From positions 108,872,001-108,936,000 of the forward strand of contig OX597820.1 of NCBI GenBank assembly GCA_951406725.2: a stretch of 64,000 bases of DNA. Direction: 5' to 3'. This DNA comes from Octopus vulgaris (Eukaryota). Each line of letters begins with the position of its first letter. The stretch's first letter is position 1. Both the position numbers and the translations under genes were made by a program. Of this stretch, positions 51,410 to 64,000 are shown piece after piece. The notes beneath the pieces are model-generated. The model made no database searches. It was not told where the DNA came from and saw only the letters and a list, made by a program, of their open reading frames with translations.

Positions 51410-52243
51410 GGTAAACGACGTGCAGACTGGATACACTGGCCCAGGAAGAATTGCAATCCCTGAGTCAAAATCAGTGCGTGACCTGGGCATTGACATGAGC
51501 AATGATGCATCTTTCCAAGTGCATATTGCTAATCTGGTGATAAAATGCAGACGGCTAGCTGGATGGATTCTCCGAAGTTTCAGAACAAGAGAGAAGGAGA
51601 CACTGATGGTCCTATGGAAAACATTCGTCCTCAGCCGCTTGGACTACTGCTCCCAACTGTGGTCACCACACAATATAAAACTAACAGCAGAACTCGAAGC
51701 AATTCAGAGAAGCTACACAAAGAAAATCGTCTCAATGCAAAATATCAGCTACTGGGAAAGACTGAAGGTATTCAACCTCTTCTCCCTAGAGCGGAGGCGG
51801 GAGAGATATTTGGTGATATACATCTGGAAAATCCTGGAGGGTCTTGTCCCAAACTTTGGCATTCAAAGTTACCCCAACCGCAGAACGGGGCGCCACTGCA
51901 TGGTGCCAAGGATTCCAACATCACCATCAAAATACAGGTCCAGATACTGCAACAGCTTGGGTTTCAGAGGACCACAGCTCTTTAACATCCTCCCTAAATG
52001 CCTGAGAGACTTACATGGTGTGGATGTGGGTTTCTTTAAAACTAAACTGGATCTCTTCTTGTCGGGAGTCCCAGATGAACCTACTTCACGACAGGAGACG
52101 CGGATGCGGGCAGCAGCATCGAACTCCCTTGTGGATCAAGTGCCACGTATCAGTGGTGGATTCACAAATTAGTGTAGCTCATTCAGCGGTGCTGCCCCAT
52201 CATGGCCGCGGCATTCGGGCTAAAACATTTTTAAGGATTTAAG
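51410..52243 (+). mobile_element. CR1-group LINE 3' fragment (RT thumb and C-terminus, open frame 51420-52172)
   Basis: VRDLGI, SRLDYCSQLWSP, LEAIQR, YWERLK..LFSLERRRER, GPQLFNILP are typical CR1-group ORF2 motifs. Confidence 0.9.
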
Positions 52244-52261
52244 GATATATGTATATATATA

Positions 52262-52651
52262 GCGTGGTAAGTAGCTTGTTTACCAACCATATGGTTCTGG
52301 GTTCAGTCCCACTGCGTGTCACTTTAGGCAAGTGTCGTCTACTATAGCCTCGGGCCAACCAAAGCCTTGTGAGTGGATTTAGTAGACGGAAACTGAAAGA
52401 AGTCCGTCGTATATATGTATATATATATGCATGTGTGTGTTTGTGTGTCTGTGTTTGTCCCCCTAGCATTGCTTGACAACCGATGCTGGTGTGTATATGT
52501 CCCCGTCACCTAGCGGTTCAGCAAAAAGACACCGATAGAATAAGTACTGGGCTTACAAGAATAAGTCCCGGGGTCGAGTTGCTCGATTAAAGGTGGTGCT
52601 CCAGCATGGCCGCAGTCAAATGACTGAAACAAGTAAAAGAGTAAAAGAGAG
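52262..52651 (+). mobile_element. tRNA-derived CORE-type SINE
   Basis: Aligns to 10397-10803. Confidence 0.88.
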
Positions 52652-52708
<57 letters not shown>

Positions 52709-52947
52709 ATATATATGTATGTATATATATATGTATGTATATATATATGTATGTATATATATATGTATGTATATATATATGTATGTATATATATATGTAT
52801 GTATATATATATGTATGTATATATATATGTATGTATATATATATGTATGTATATATATATGTATGTATATATATATGTATGTATATATATATGTATGTAC
52901 ATATATATATGTATGTATATATATATGTATGTATATATATATGTATG

Positions 52948-53002
<55 letters not shown>

Positions 53003-53025
53003 GTATATATATATGTATATATATG

Positions 53026-53094
<69 letters not shown>

Positions 53095-53108
53095 TATATA
53101 TATGTATA

Positions 53109-53153
<45 letters not shown>

Positions 53154-53184
53154 GTATATATGTATATATATATGTATATATGTA

Positions 53185-53223
<39 letters not shown>

Positions 53224-53268
53224 ATATATATGTATGTATATATATATGTATGTATATATATATGTATG

Positions 53269-53301
<33 letters not shown>

Positions 53302-53342
53302 GTATGTATATATATATGTATATGTATATATATATGTATATG

Positions 53343-53418
<76 letters not shown>

Positions 53419-53547
53419 ATATATGTATGTATATATATATATATATATGTATGTATATATATATGTATGTATATATATATATATGTATGTATATATATAT
53501 ATATGTATGTATATATATATATATATGTATGTATATATATATATATG

Positions 53548-53646
<99 letters not shown>

Positions 53647-53727
53647 ATATATATATATATATATGTATGTATATATATATATATATGTATGTATATATAT
53701 ATATGTATGTATATATATATATGTATG

Positions 53728-53780
<53 letters not shown>

Positions 53781-53785
53781 GTATG

Positions 53786-53818
<33 letters not shown>

Positions 53819-53823
53819 GTATG

Positions 53824-53855
<32 letters not shown>

Positions 53856-53887
53856 TGTATGTATATATATATATATATATGTATGTA

Positions 53888-53918
<31 letters not shown>

Positions 53919-53922
53919 GTAT
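52652..53922. repeat. (TA)n/(TATG)n compound microsatellite (~1.27 kb)
   Basis: Direct reading. Confidence 0.97.
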
Positions 53923-54121
53923 ATACTACAAAATTAGAGAATGGAGAAACATATTTAAATCAATAAAACATCAACTATCCGATGATACTCAATCCATACT
54001 TTAATACACCATTACATAGGAGTAAAGGCAATATATAAAATGAAATGAGATATACAGTAATAGTAAAAGTAAAAAGATAAAGAGATATAAGTAAAAAATT
54101 ACAAATACAATATGCAAATAA

Positions 54122-54242
54122 ATCAAAACTGACAGCTGTTTCGGCAGTGAGGACAGTCATACCTCATTTAACCTATAAGCCATAAAGGCAGGTATAAATG
54201 AGGCATTAACAAAGATGCCCCACGGCCTCTTCAGAGAATTAA
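54122..54242 (-). ncRNA. Hammerhead ribozyme in the inverted pLTR
   Basis: Reverse complement of 57460-57580. Confidence 0.75.
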
Positions 54243-54578
54243 ATTAAATTTGTTATAATAGTGAAAAATATTATATAATCATATACATATAAATATAAAA
54301 ATATAAAAAAGTAAAATATAAAAACTTATACATCATAATGCTACACTTGTATAATATAATACATATTTGTACAAAAAGGAAGGTAACCAGAACAAAATAA
54401 AACAAAATATATAACAGTGTATATATAATATTAATAAGTACCGATATCATACATATTTAGCTAATAGTTTTTTTTATAAAAAAAGGGGCTAACACATATG
54501 GAGATGAAAAATAATAATAATTAAATCCGTGGTACAGTTCATAAAATTCTAAAGCTATAAAAGTTAATAAAAATTACT

Positions 54579-54612
<34 letters not shown>

Positions 54613-57459
54613 GTAATAATAATAAAAAATAATAAAAATAGATACAGTTAAGTTATCACCAAGTCCATCCTTCCAAGATCGAAATAACTATGAGTTAAGA
54701 AATGCTGACCACTAGGTAAAGAAAATTTAGATTAATTCGATTGGCTATTGGTTTGAAATTTAAATCACAAAAGAAAATTATACGGTTGGTTAGTCAGGGA
54801 ACGCCAATATTCACACACGCATCTACAGATCAATCGCACATACACACATAGTTATATGTATATACATACACTTGTACATATACATAATCATAAGCAACAA
54901 CTAACACTTAGATAAACAAATAGGGAAGCAACCATGCTAACACTAAGTCCTTCAAAATTATAACTGAGCCTCAATAACAAAAAAAGAACCATCCATGCAT
55001 TCTATAAAATATTTAATTAAGATATAAATGTATTTTTAAATATCAGTATGTTACTAATTCAGATAATTATTTCATGGGTAACTTAAAATTTGTAACACCG
55101 GTTTGTTGCAGAGTAAACATACGGTTGTTAGGTTTATCGTAAGTTTGTTATGATTTAAAGTACGCTAAATTATAAAATATAAAATATAAAATATATTAAT
55201 TTAGATATTATAAATAAGTCACTTATTAACTTAATAAATATAGTGCCAAAATATACCAGTTTAGGCAATAAAAAATAGAGGGGGAAGTATTAATGTAAAC
55301 GCTTATGAGAACATCACAGAAATTTTAAATAAATTTTATATTATAAAGACTTAATATGAAAAGAGATAAAATAAATAAAAAGGAATAAATACGAAGGAAT
55401 AAATACGGTTATACACATAATTATAAGTACAAACTAGTATATATGTATTCATATATTATTAAAATAAATAAAAATAAATGATAGATATGTATGTATAAAA
55501 CTACACCAGTATAAGTAAATAAGTAAAGAATAAATAGGTAACAAATTAAATGACTAGATATGTATGTAAACATCTACACTTAAATAGGCAAATAAATAAA
55601 TAAATAGAAGACTAGATGCAAATATTGATAATATTACAATAAAATGGGAAATAAATAAAAATAAATAAAGTGAATATATATATTTTATATTGTTGAAAGT
55701 AAATATGTATGGAAGGATAGTTTAAAGTACAATATATATGAAAAAAAAAATGAAAAAGGTTTATCAGTGAATAAGATACAGGTTAAGGTGATTACAAAAA
55801 GACCAAATATATAATAAAAACCTTCCAAATCCTTTATGCAAAAAACCTATAATTCAACCTAAACCCAAAAACTCACAAAAGGCTCTCATATATTACATGT
55901 TATACAATATCATTACATTATCCAGAGCTAGGTATTGTAGAACTTCAAGATATACATATATACTTCTGCAATATACTATGTAATATTGGAAAACTTCATT
56001 TTTTTATGTCATATTGTTGATACAAAAATATATATATTCACTTTATTTATTTTTATTTATTTCCCATTTTATTGTAATATTATCAATATTTGCATCTAGT
56101 CTTCTATTTATTTATTTATTTGCCTATTTAAGTGTGGATGTTTACATACATATCAAGTCATTTAATTTGTTACCTATTTATTCTTTACTTATTTACTTAT
56201 ACTGGTGTGGTTTTATACATACATATCTATCATTTATTTTTATTTAATTTTAATAATATATGAATACATATATACTAGTTTGTACTTATAATTATGTGTA
56301 TAACCGTATTTATTCCTTCGTATTTATTCCTTTTTATTTATTTTATCTCTTTTCATCTTAAGTCTTTATAATATAAAATTTATTTAAAATTTTAAAATTT
56401 CTGTGATGTTCTCATAAGCGTTTACATTAATACTTCCCCCTCTATTTTTTATTGCCTAAACTGGTATATTTTGGCACTATATTTATTAAGTTAATAAGTG
56501 ACTTATTTATAATATCTAAATTAATATATTTTATATTTTATATTTTATAATTTAGCGTACTTTAAATCATAACAAACTTACGATAAACCTAACAACCGTA
56601 TGTTTACTCTGCAACAAACCGGTGTTATAAATTTTAAGTTACCCATGAAATAATTATCTGAATTAGTAACATACTGATATTTAAAAATACATCTATATCT
56701 TAATTAAATATTTTATAGAATGCATGGATGGTTCTTTTTTTGTTATTGTTGCTCAGTTATAATTTTGAAGGACTTAGTGTTAGCATGGTTGCTTCCCTAT
56801 TTGTTTATCTAAGTGTTAGTTGTTGCTTATGATTATGTATATGTACAAGTGTATGTATATACATATAACTATGTGTGTATGTGCGATTGATCTGTAGATG
56901 CGTGTGTGAATATTGGCGTTCCCTGACTAACCAACCGTATAATTTTCTTTTGTGATTTAAATTTCAAACCAATAGCCAATCAGATTAATCTAAATTTTCT
57001 TTACCTAGTGGTCAGCATTTCTTAACTCATAGTTATTTCGATCTTGGAAGGATGGACTTGGTGATAACTTAACTGTTCTATATTATATTTTATTACTATT
57101 ATTTTATTATTATTATTATTATTATTAATAGTAATTTTTATTAACTTTTATAGCTTTAGAATTATGAACTGTACCACGGATTTAATTATTATTATTTTTC
57201 ATCTCCATATTGTTAGCCCTTTTTTTTTATAAAAAACTATTAGCTAAATATGTATTATCGGTACTTATTAATATTATATATACACTGTTATATATTTTGT
57301 TTTATTTTGTTCTGGTTACCTTCCTTTTGTACAAATGTGTATTATATTAGTACAAGTGTAGCATTATGATGTATAAGTTTTTATATTTTACTTTTTTATA
57401 TTTTTATATTTATATGTATATGATTATATAATATTTTTCACTATTATAACAAATTTAAT

Positions 57460-57580
57460 TTAATTCTCTGAAGAGGCCGTGGGGCATCTTTGTTAATGCC
57501 TCATTTATACCTGCCTTTATGGCTTATAGGTTAAATGAGGTATGACTGTCCTCACTGCCGAAACAGCTGTCAGTTTTGAT
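57460..57580 (+). ncRNA. Hammerhead ribozyme in the PLE pLTR with extended stem II
   Basis: CT-CTGAAGA-GGCcGTGGGG...CCTCACtGCC-GAAA-CAGCTG-TC-AG; inner hairpin CCTCATTTA...TAAATGAGG; stem I weak. Confidence 0.75.
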
Positions 57581-58089
57581 TTATTTGCATATTGTATTTG
57601 TAATTTTTTACTTATATCTCTTTATCTTTTTACTTTTACTATTACTGTATATCTCATTTCATTTTATATATTGCCTTTACTCCTATGTAATGGTGTATTA
57701 AAGTATGGATTGAGTATCATCGGATAGTTGATGTTTTATTGATTTAAGTATGTTTCTCCATTCTCTAATTTTGTAGTATTAATTTACGGTAATATTATTA
57801 CCTTTACCCATTTAATACAATAGATGAACTGATTGCTTGACAATTTCTAACATCTATGTATTAATTTTGTTGGGTACCTATCTAGCAGTATATTGGATAT
57901 ATATTATCCCATGGTGGGTTGAATTTTCAACCCCTATCTCATTTTATAACCTAAATTTATCTTTTGAGGAACCTGAATTGCTCATACTGGTGTAATATAA
58001 GCATCCATTTATTGATCTAAATATTAATAGTGCATGTGAATACACCCTAGTGTAGTATATTTGTTCCTTTGATCATTACTGCTAGAAGA

Positions 58090-60721
58090 ATGGAGAAAAT
58101 ACTGATCAATTCATCAATGAAGGATGTACCTATCCCTACCAAAGACCATTACACTAAAGAACTAATTTATAGAATGAATGAATTCATCCATAGGATCAGA
58201 TGGAGGATTTTCCACCATGAGAACTATAATAATAAAATAAACCAACAACACACTGGAGAAACGATCCGTAATGGAATTGGAAGCACCTATGAAGAAATAT
58301 TAAAACTAACAAGCACTACATTTAAATCTAGAAAGTCTCCTCCACCAAATATACATCTAGACAATTTTGAACAAGAACTATGGGAGACTGTAAAAAACAT
58401 AAAATTTAGAAATCATCCTTTAAGATATAACCCCGCACCAAAGAGAATTGAAAGACTTAATTAGAACTCTCAAAGGTAAGAGCGGCATTCTAACACATTC
58501 TGACAAAACTAACAACATCTACAACATTGACATTACTGCATATCATGATCTTCTACACAAGGAAATAACCAAGAAATACAAAGTAGTACCTTCTAGTACA
58601 CTTAGAAAGCTGAACCTGGAGATCAGAGAAATCATATTTGACTACTACCTAGAAGAAAAAACGGAACCCTACACCCCATCCAGACCGAGAATTACACTAA
58701 AGGATCATAAAGAGAATTTTCTTGGAAACACACAGGTCAGATTAATTTGCCCCACTAAATCTGACTTAGGCAGACTAAGTAAACTCATTCTAGATAAATA
58801 TCTACCCACCATCCGCAATAAAATCAAAACTAAACCTTTGGAAGAATACTCAGGGTGCTTTGGATTGGTTTTCTGCCATTAAGGTCTGTGACAGTAACAA
58901 CTTTAGCTATAATAGAAATAAATTTATACAATTCGATATACAGAATTATTACACTTCAATTAACCCTATTATATTAAATAAGTCCTTAATTTTTGCTAGA
59001 AAACACACTAAATTAAGTATGGGGGAGATTAAGGTTATACTAACAGCCAGGAAAACTTTAATAGAGTTTGATAATAAACTTTGGGCTAGAAAGGACACAC
59101 CCAACTTATCATTGAAAGTGAAAATTATTCTGCTAATTATTTAGATGTTAATTGTAACATTACTAATGGTTTACATGAACCCTATATTAAACCTAATTCT
59201 AACCTAATATACATTAACCGTTCTAGTAATCACCCCCCTCAAATTAAAAATGCACTAGTGCGTAGCATTAGTCAGAGAATTTCTAGTTTATCCTCAAACG
59301 AGGAAATTTTTAACAAACACTGTGATAGATACAATGCAGCATTACTTAAGGCAGGATATAAAAGTAAGATTTGGTTTATACCTAAGGGGAACCCCCCTAA
59401 TGGAGGTAGAACTATCAAGAACAACACAAATAGATTTAGGATAATCAACAATATACATAAGAATAGTAAAAACAGAATATATGATAACACCTATAATAAA
59501 TGTAGAAGTGACGTTAACCTTGGAAAGGTGAACGGTAGCTCAAATAGATCTAAACATACGGGTAATAGTAGTAATATTAATAATAATATACGAATTAAAA
59601 CTTATGGTAGACATGATAATGGTAAAGTTTACTTGCGCAATAACCATGGTAATATTGATACAGATAGATATAACAATGACAGTGGTAAGAATAGTAATCC
59701 TATGAGTTGGTCTACGAATAGGATTTTTACAAATAACATTAATTCTATAGGCAATCCTAATTCTGATAAGGATACTCTTTGGTTGATTATCCCGTATGCA
59801 ATGCAGATTAAAACAAACATAGTGAGAGCTTTGCATAATGTTATTTTTAGGCATTTTGGTAAGGATAGGAATAAATTTAGTCCTTTAATTAACAACGGTA
59901 CTGTTAGAGTGGGATATAGCATTACTCATAATCTAGCCACCATTATCTCCTCTTTTAATAACAAGAAACTGGATCACTTCTATAAGGATAGAAAATTGAA
60001 TTTAGACCAGGAAAACTTGCCCCTCTTCATTAATAATAGGAATAGAAATTTTCTTGGAACAAATGGGAACAACCTCCTTACTAATAATGAGTGCACCATA
60101 CCTGTCAGAGATAATATAAATGTAATAGATCATACTACTACTACCAATACTAGTACTAGTGATAGGAATATAGCCGAGAATGTGAAATTAACTCATTCGT
60201 TGATTTTGGGTTTGGATGATGATAACAATTGTAACACTTATAATGTGAATAGTAGTATAGGGGTGGTGTCCAATCTTAGATTTCCTCATTCTGTTAATCT
60301 TTGTAATTGCAGAAATAAAAATAAATGTGTATTTGGTAATCAATGCCTCAGGAAGGAGGTAGTTTACCAATGCACTGTAGATACACAATTGAGTAGTAGG
60401 GTGTATATCGGGGCAACTATGAATAGCATAAAACAAAGATGGAATTATCACAGATATACTTTTAGGAATAAAAATAGAATGTACTCTACAGGGCTAAGTG
60501 CATACATTTGGGAACTTAAAAGTAAGAACTTAGATTTTAGATTAAACTGGAAAATACTAACTTCAGCACCTGTGTATAATGGAAAAAATAAAAAATGCTC
60601 TCTATGTATTAATGAAATTTTCTTCATTATTAAAGCGGGTCGGCAAATTATTAACAACATTAATGAGAAAAACTTCTTTTGTATTCATAGGCTACCGTTC
60701 ACCTTTTCTAGATTCAAATAG
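58090..60721 (+). pseudogene. PLE ORF: reverse transcriptase (frameshifted, catalytic core deleted) + GIY-YIG endonuclease
   Basis: SMKDVPIP..RIRWR, SDKTNNIY, ITLKDHKENF..VRLICPTKSDLG, FIQFDIQNYYTSI, NYLDV, SNHPP; CNCRxxxxCxxxxxC-VVY..YIG..R..H..CSLC..E..N..CIH. Confidence 0.92.
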
Positions 60722-62437
60722 AACTTAGCACTTCCACTATTATTAATTTTTTAATTCCCTTCTTTAACTAAATATACCTGTGGTCTTCTATAATTCTAAA
60801 GTATACAATTTATAAATTTCATAATTTTATAATTTTTATAGCTACATTTGTATAATAACTAATTGGATGTGTCTAGTATTATTGGTTTCTTGGTTTTTGT
60901 ATGTGGGTTTTTGTTTGTTTTTTTTTTTAAGAGAAATGCAATATGACATAAAATAACATATTCATTTTGGTATTTGCCTTGTAATGTGTGATTTTTGAAG
61001 TTTTCCAATATTGCATAGTATATTGCATAGTATATATGTATATCTTGGTTAGATACCTAGCTCTAGATAATGTAATGATATTGTATAATATGTAATATAT
61101 GAGAGCCTTTTGTGAGTTTGGTGGGTTTAGGTTGAGATTATAGGTTTTTTGTATGTGTTTATTTGGAAGGTTTTTATTATATATTTGGTCTTTTTGTACT
61201 CACCTTAATTTGTATCTTATGCTATTCACTGATAAACCTTTTTCATTTTTTTCATTTTCTCATTTACATGCATTTTGCTTTATAATTATTACCAGCCTCA
61301 TATATTTAGTTTATATCTATAGTCCTCTGGATCTGTACTTTAAACTATCCTTCCATACATATTTACTTTCAACAATATAAAATATATATATTCACTTTAT
61401 TTATTTTTATTTATTTCCCTTTTTATTGTAATATTATCAATCTTTGCATCTAGTCTTCTATTTATTTATTTATTTGCCTATTTAAGTGTAGATGTTTACA
61501 TACATACCAAGTCATCTAATTTGTTACCTATTTATTTTTTACTTATTTACTTATACTGGTGTAGTTTTATACATACATATCTATCATTTATTTTTATTTA
61601 ATTTTAATAATATATGAATACATATATACTAGTTTGTACTTATAATTATGTGTATAACCGTATTTATTCCTTCGTATTTATTCCTTTTTATTTATTTTAT
61701 CTCTTTTCATCTTAAGTCTTTATAATATAAAATTTATTTAAAATTTCTGTGATGTTCTCATAAGCGTTTTCATTAATACTTCCCCTTCTATTCTTTAATG
61801 CCTAAACTGGTATATTATGGCACTATATTTATTAAGTTAATAAGTGACTTATTTATAATATTTAAATTAATATATATTTTATATTTTATATTTTATAATT
61901 TAGCGTACTTAAAATCATAACAAACTTACGATAAACCTAACAACCGTATGTTTACTCTGCAACAAACCGGTGTTATAAATTTTAAGTTACCCATGAAATA
62001 ATTATCTGAATTAGTAACATACTGATATTTAAAAATATATTTATATCTAAATTAAATATTTTATAGAATGCATGGATGGTTCTTTTTTTGTTATTGAGGC
62101 TCAGTTATAATTTTGAAGGACTAAATGTTAGCATAGTTGCTTCCCTTTTGTTTATCTAAGTGCTAGTTGTTGCTTGTGATTATGTATGTGTATAAGTGTA
62201 TGTATATACATATAACTATGTGTGTATGTGCGATTGATCTGTAGATGCGTGTGTGAATATTGGCGTTCCCTGACTAACCAACCGTATAATTTTCTTTTGT
62301 GATTTAAATTTCAAACCAATAGCCAATCGAATTAATCTAAATTTTCTTTACCTAGTGGTCAGCATTTCTTAACTCATAGTTATTTCGATCTTGAAAGGAT
62401 GGACTTGGTGCTAACTTAACTGTATCTATTTTTATTA

Positions 62438-62486
<49 letters not shown>

Positions 62487-62503
62487 AGTAATTTTTATTA
62501 ACT

Positions 62504-62603
62504 NNNNNNNNNNNNNNNNNNNNNNNNNNNNNNNNNNNNNNNNNNNNNNNNNNNNNNNNNNNNNNNNNNNNNNNNNNNNNNNNNNNNNNNNNNNNNNNNN
62601 NNN
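62504..62603. other. Assembly gap (100 N)
   Basis: Run of N. Confidence 1.
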
Positions 62604-62969
62604 ACGCATATATGAGTACAGGACACCAAAAAAACGTCGAACACATTGAGAAACGAAAACATAGACACAAACACAAGGAACTGGACATTTTTTCTAAAAC
62701 AACAAAAAAATAGAGTACAGGACAAATAACACAAGGAAAAACCCTTCTTTCAGTCGCCATGGTTTCATCTACTCTACGTTTCGAAGGTGAAGGCGAGACG
62801 TATTCTCGATAAGAACCTTCCTGCAAAAAGCAAATCAAATAAAATTTGAGATCTTTGCAGAGGGTTAAAAATGGTAACAAAAACAGGACAGTATGACAGT
62901 ACAAAATATAAGCAGTAAAAGACAGGACAAGGAAAATAACAAGACAAGAAGGGCTGTTAACGCCGAACG

Positions 62970-63682
62970 ACCCACAATTTAGTCATTTTATCTAAGCAAA
63001 GACGAATACAGTTGTATTCTGGAAGCTGTATGGTCAATCTGAGTATAAAAGATGAGCATTATTTGTAATTCAGTGGTACCAGTGTAAGAGTTTGCTTTCA
63101 GATATACTTAGATTGTAATTTCTGCAATGCGCTGCATAAATTGTCAAGTAAAATGGAGAGGCATATTTGACCTAACTGATTCAGTTGCAAAGTGTTGAGT
63201 AAAGTTATTTGATTGTAGACCTTTCAGTCTTTTATTATCACTGGGTCACACATAGCCCTCAGATGGTAACATTGATTTCAAGGCTTTCCCAGATGAGTGA
63301 CTGGTTATTCAAAAGACATTCTATAGATGGTAAATTTATTCTGTCCATGGTCATTTGCAAATCTCCAACTTTCATTTCTCCTTAGCCCTCACGTCACACA
63401 CTTGTTAATGTTTATTTGATTGTCACGCCCTTCCAATTGCTATAGATTCATAATGCATCTTACTGCTGTGCCTGTCACCTGGATGGTGACTACATTGGGA
63501 GTGGTAACGACTAGTGCTGTAGCTGACTGCTTATTGTGATGATTCATCTTTTTTCCTGTAGCTTTGCTCTCTTTATAAACCCCAGTGAACATATATTTCC
63601 TATTTCAAAGAAATTCGAACAATAGATATAAGACCCAAGTTAAAAAGATTCTCAACAATTCAACTTCTCTGCTTGACATTAA
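62970..63682 (+). mobile_element. Internal fragment of the Helitron-like family at 30498-32331, between ~116-bp direct repeats
   Basis: Diverged reverse complement of ~30822-31572; GAGATCTTT..GGGCTGTTAACGCC at 62848-62964 and 63685-63801. Confidence 0.7.
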
Positions 63683-64000
63683 TTGAGATCTTTTTGCAGA
63701 GGGGTAAAATGAACAAAAACAGGACAGTAATGACAGTACAAAATATAAGCAGTAAAAGACAGGACAAGGAAAATAACAAGACAAGAAGGGCTGTTAACGC
63801 CAAACGAAAAAAGTATTACGAACGCTATTTCTGTGAACGGCGAACGTAGCAAAGAAAATTGCCGTCCACACCTCAAGAAGGTCAGGCTAAAAGACAGTAG
63901 CGGAGTTCTCATCGCGGGTCAACGACGGGAGGGAGGAGGAGGAGCAAGAGAAAGGGAGAGAAGGAAAGGGGAAAATGGTTGTGAGAAAAACCATGAAGAA

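Larger units (their letters stand above)
53923..62503 (+). mobile_element. Penelope-like retroelement (Naiad-type): inverted pLTR 53923-56016, direct pLTR ~56026-57780, ORF, 3' pLTR running into the gap
   Basis: 53923-55685 mirrors 56026-57780; 56026-57148 is repeated at 61379-62503; RT + GIY-YIG ORF in between; hammerheads in the pLTRs. Confidence 0.92.

Noticed and set aside
50377-54004. Long ORFs of Y/I/M/C/V residues (also near 9.4-10.1, 40.4, 43.3 and 46.0-46.9 kb)
   Set aside because: Translations of stop-free (TA)n/(TATG)n microsatellites, not genes
60302-60346. Selenocysteine recoding in the Naiad Cys motif
   Set aside because: All four positions are ordinary Cys codons with no in-frame TGA

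Overview
Eukaryotic, very AT-rich and almost entirely repeat-derived DNA. The repeat families and (TA)n/(TATG)n tracts look like an octopus/cephalopod genome (inference). No complete host gene is visible; the only host-like signals are a unique CpG-richer island at ~23.3-24.0 kb with promoter motifs and splice donors, and a candidate micro-exon at ~17.3 kb. Recognisable elements: about 12 copies or fragments of an RTE-clade LINE (one near full length, with a PHD-like finger inside RT), an RTE-BovB-like remnant, a CR1-group 3' end, a HERO/R2-group remnant, an L1/Tx1-like ORF1 remnant, a decayed Gypsy-order LTR element, a mariner remnant, non-autonomous Helitrons, MITE/foldback elements, tRNA-derived CORE-type SINEs and a Naiad-type Penelope-like element (PLE; RT + GIY-YIG) with long pseudo-LTRs. 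The main unexplained signal is a dense set of minimal type-I hammerhead ribozyme (HHR) motifs. They occur in the PLE and in several unrelated short non-coding elements with PLE-style inverted/direct architecture. One of these is a tRNA-headed SINE-like element with an HHR, target-site duplications and inverted 5' copies, a candidate Penelope-mobilised ribozyme-SINE. In two other mini-elements the upstream repeat starts at or within 1 nt of the predicted cleavage site. All alignments and base pairings were read by eye, so coordinates may be off by a few bases.
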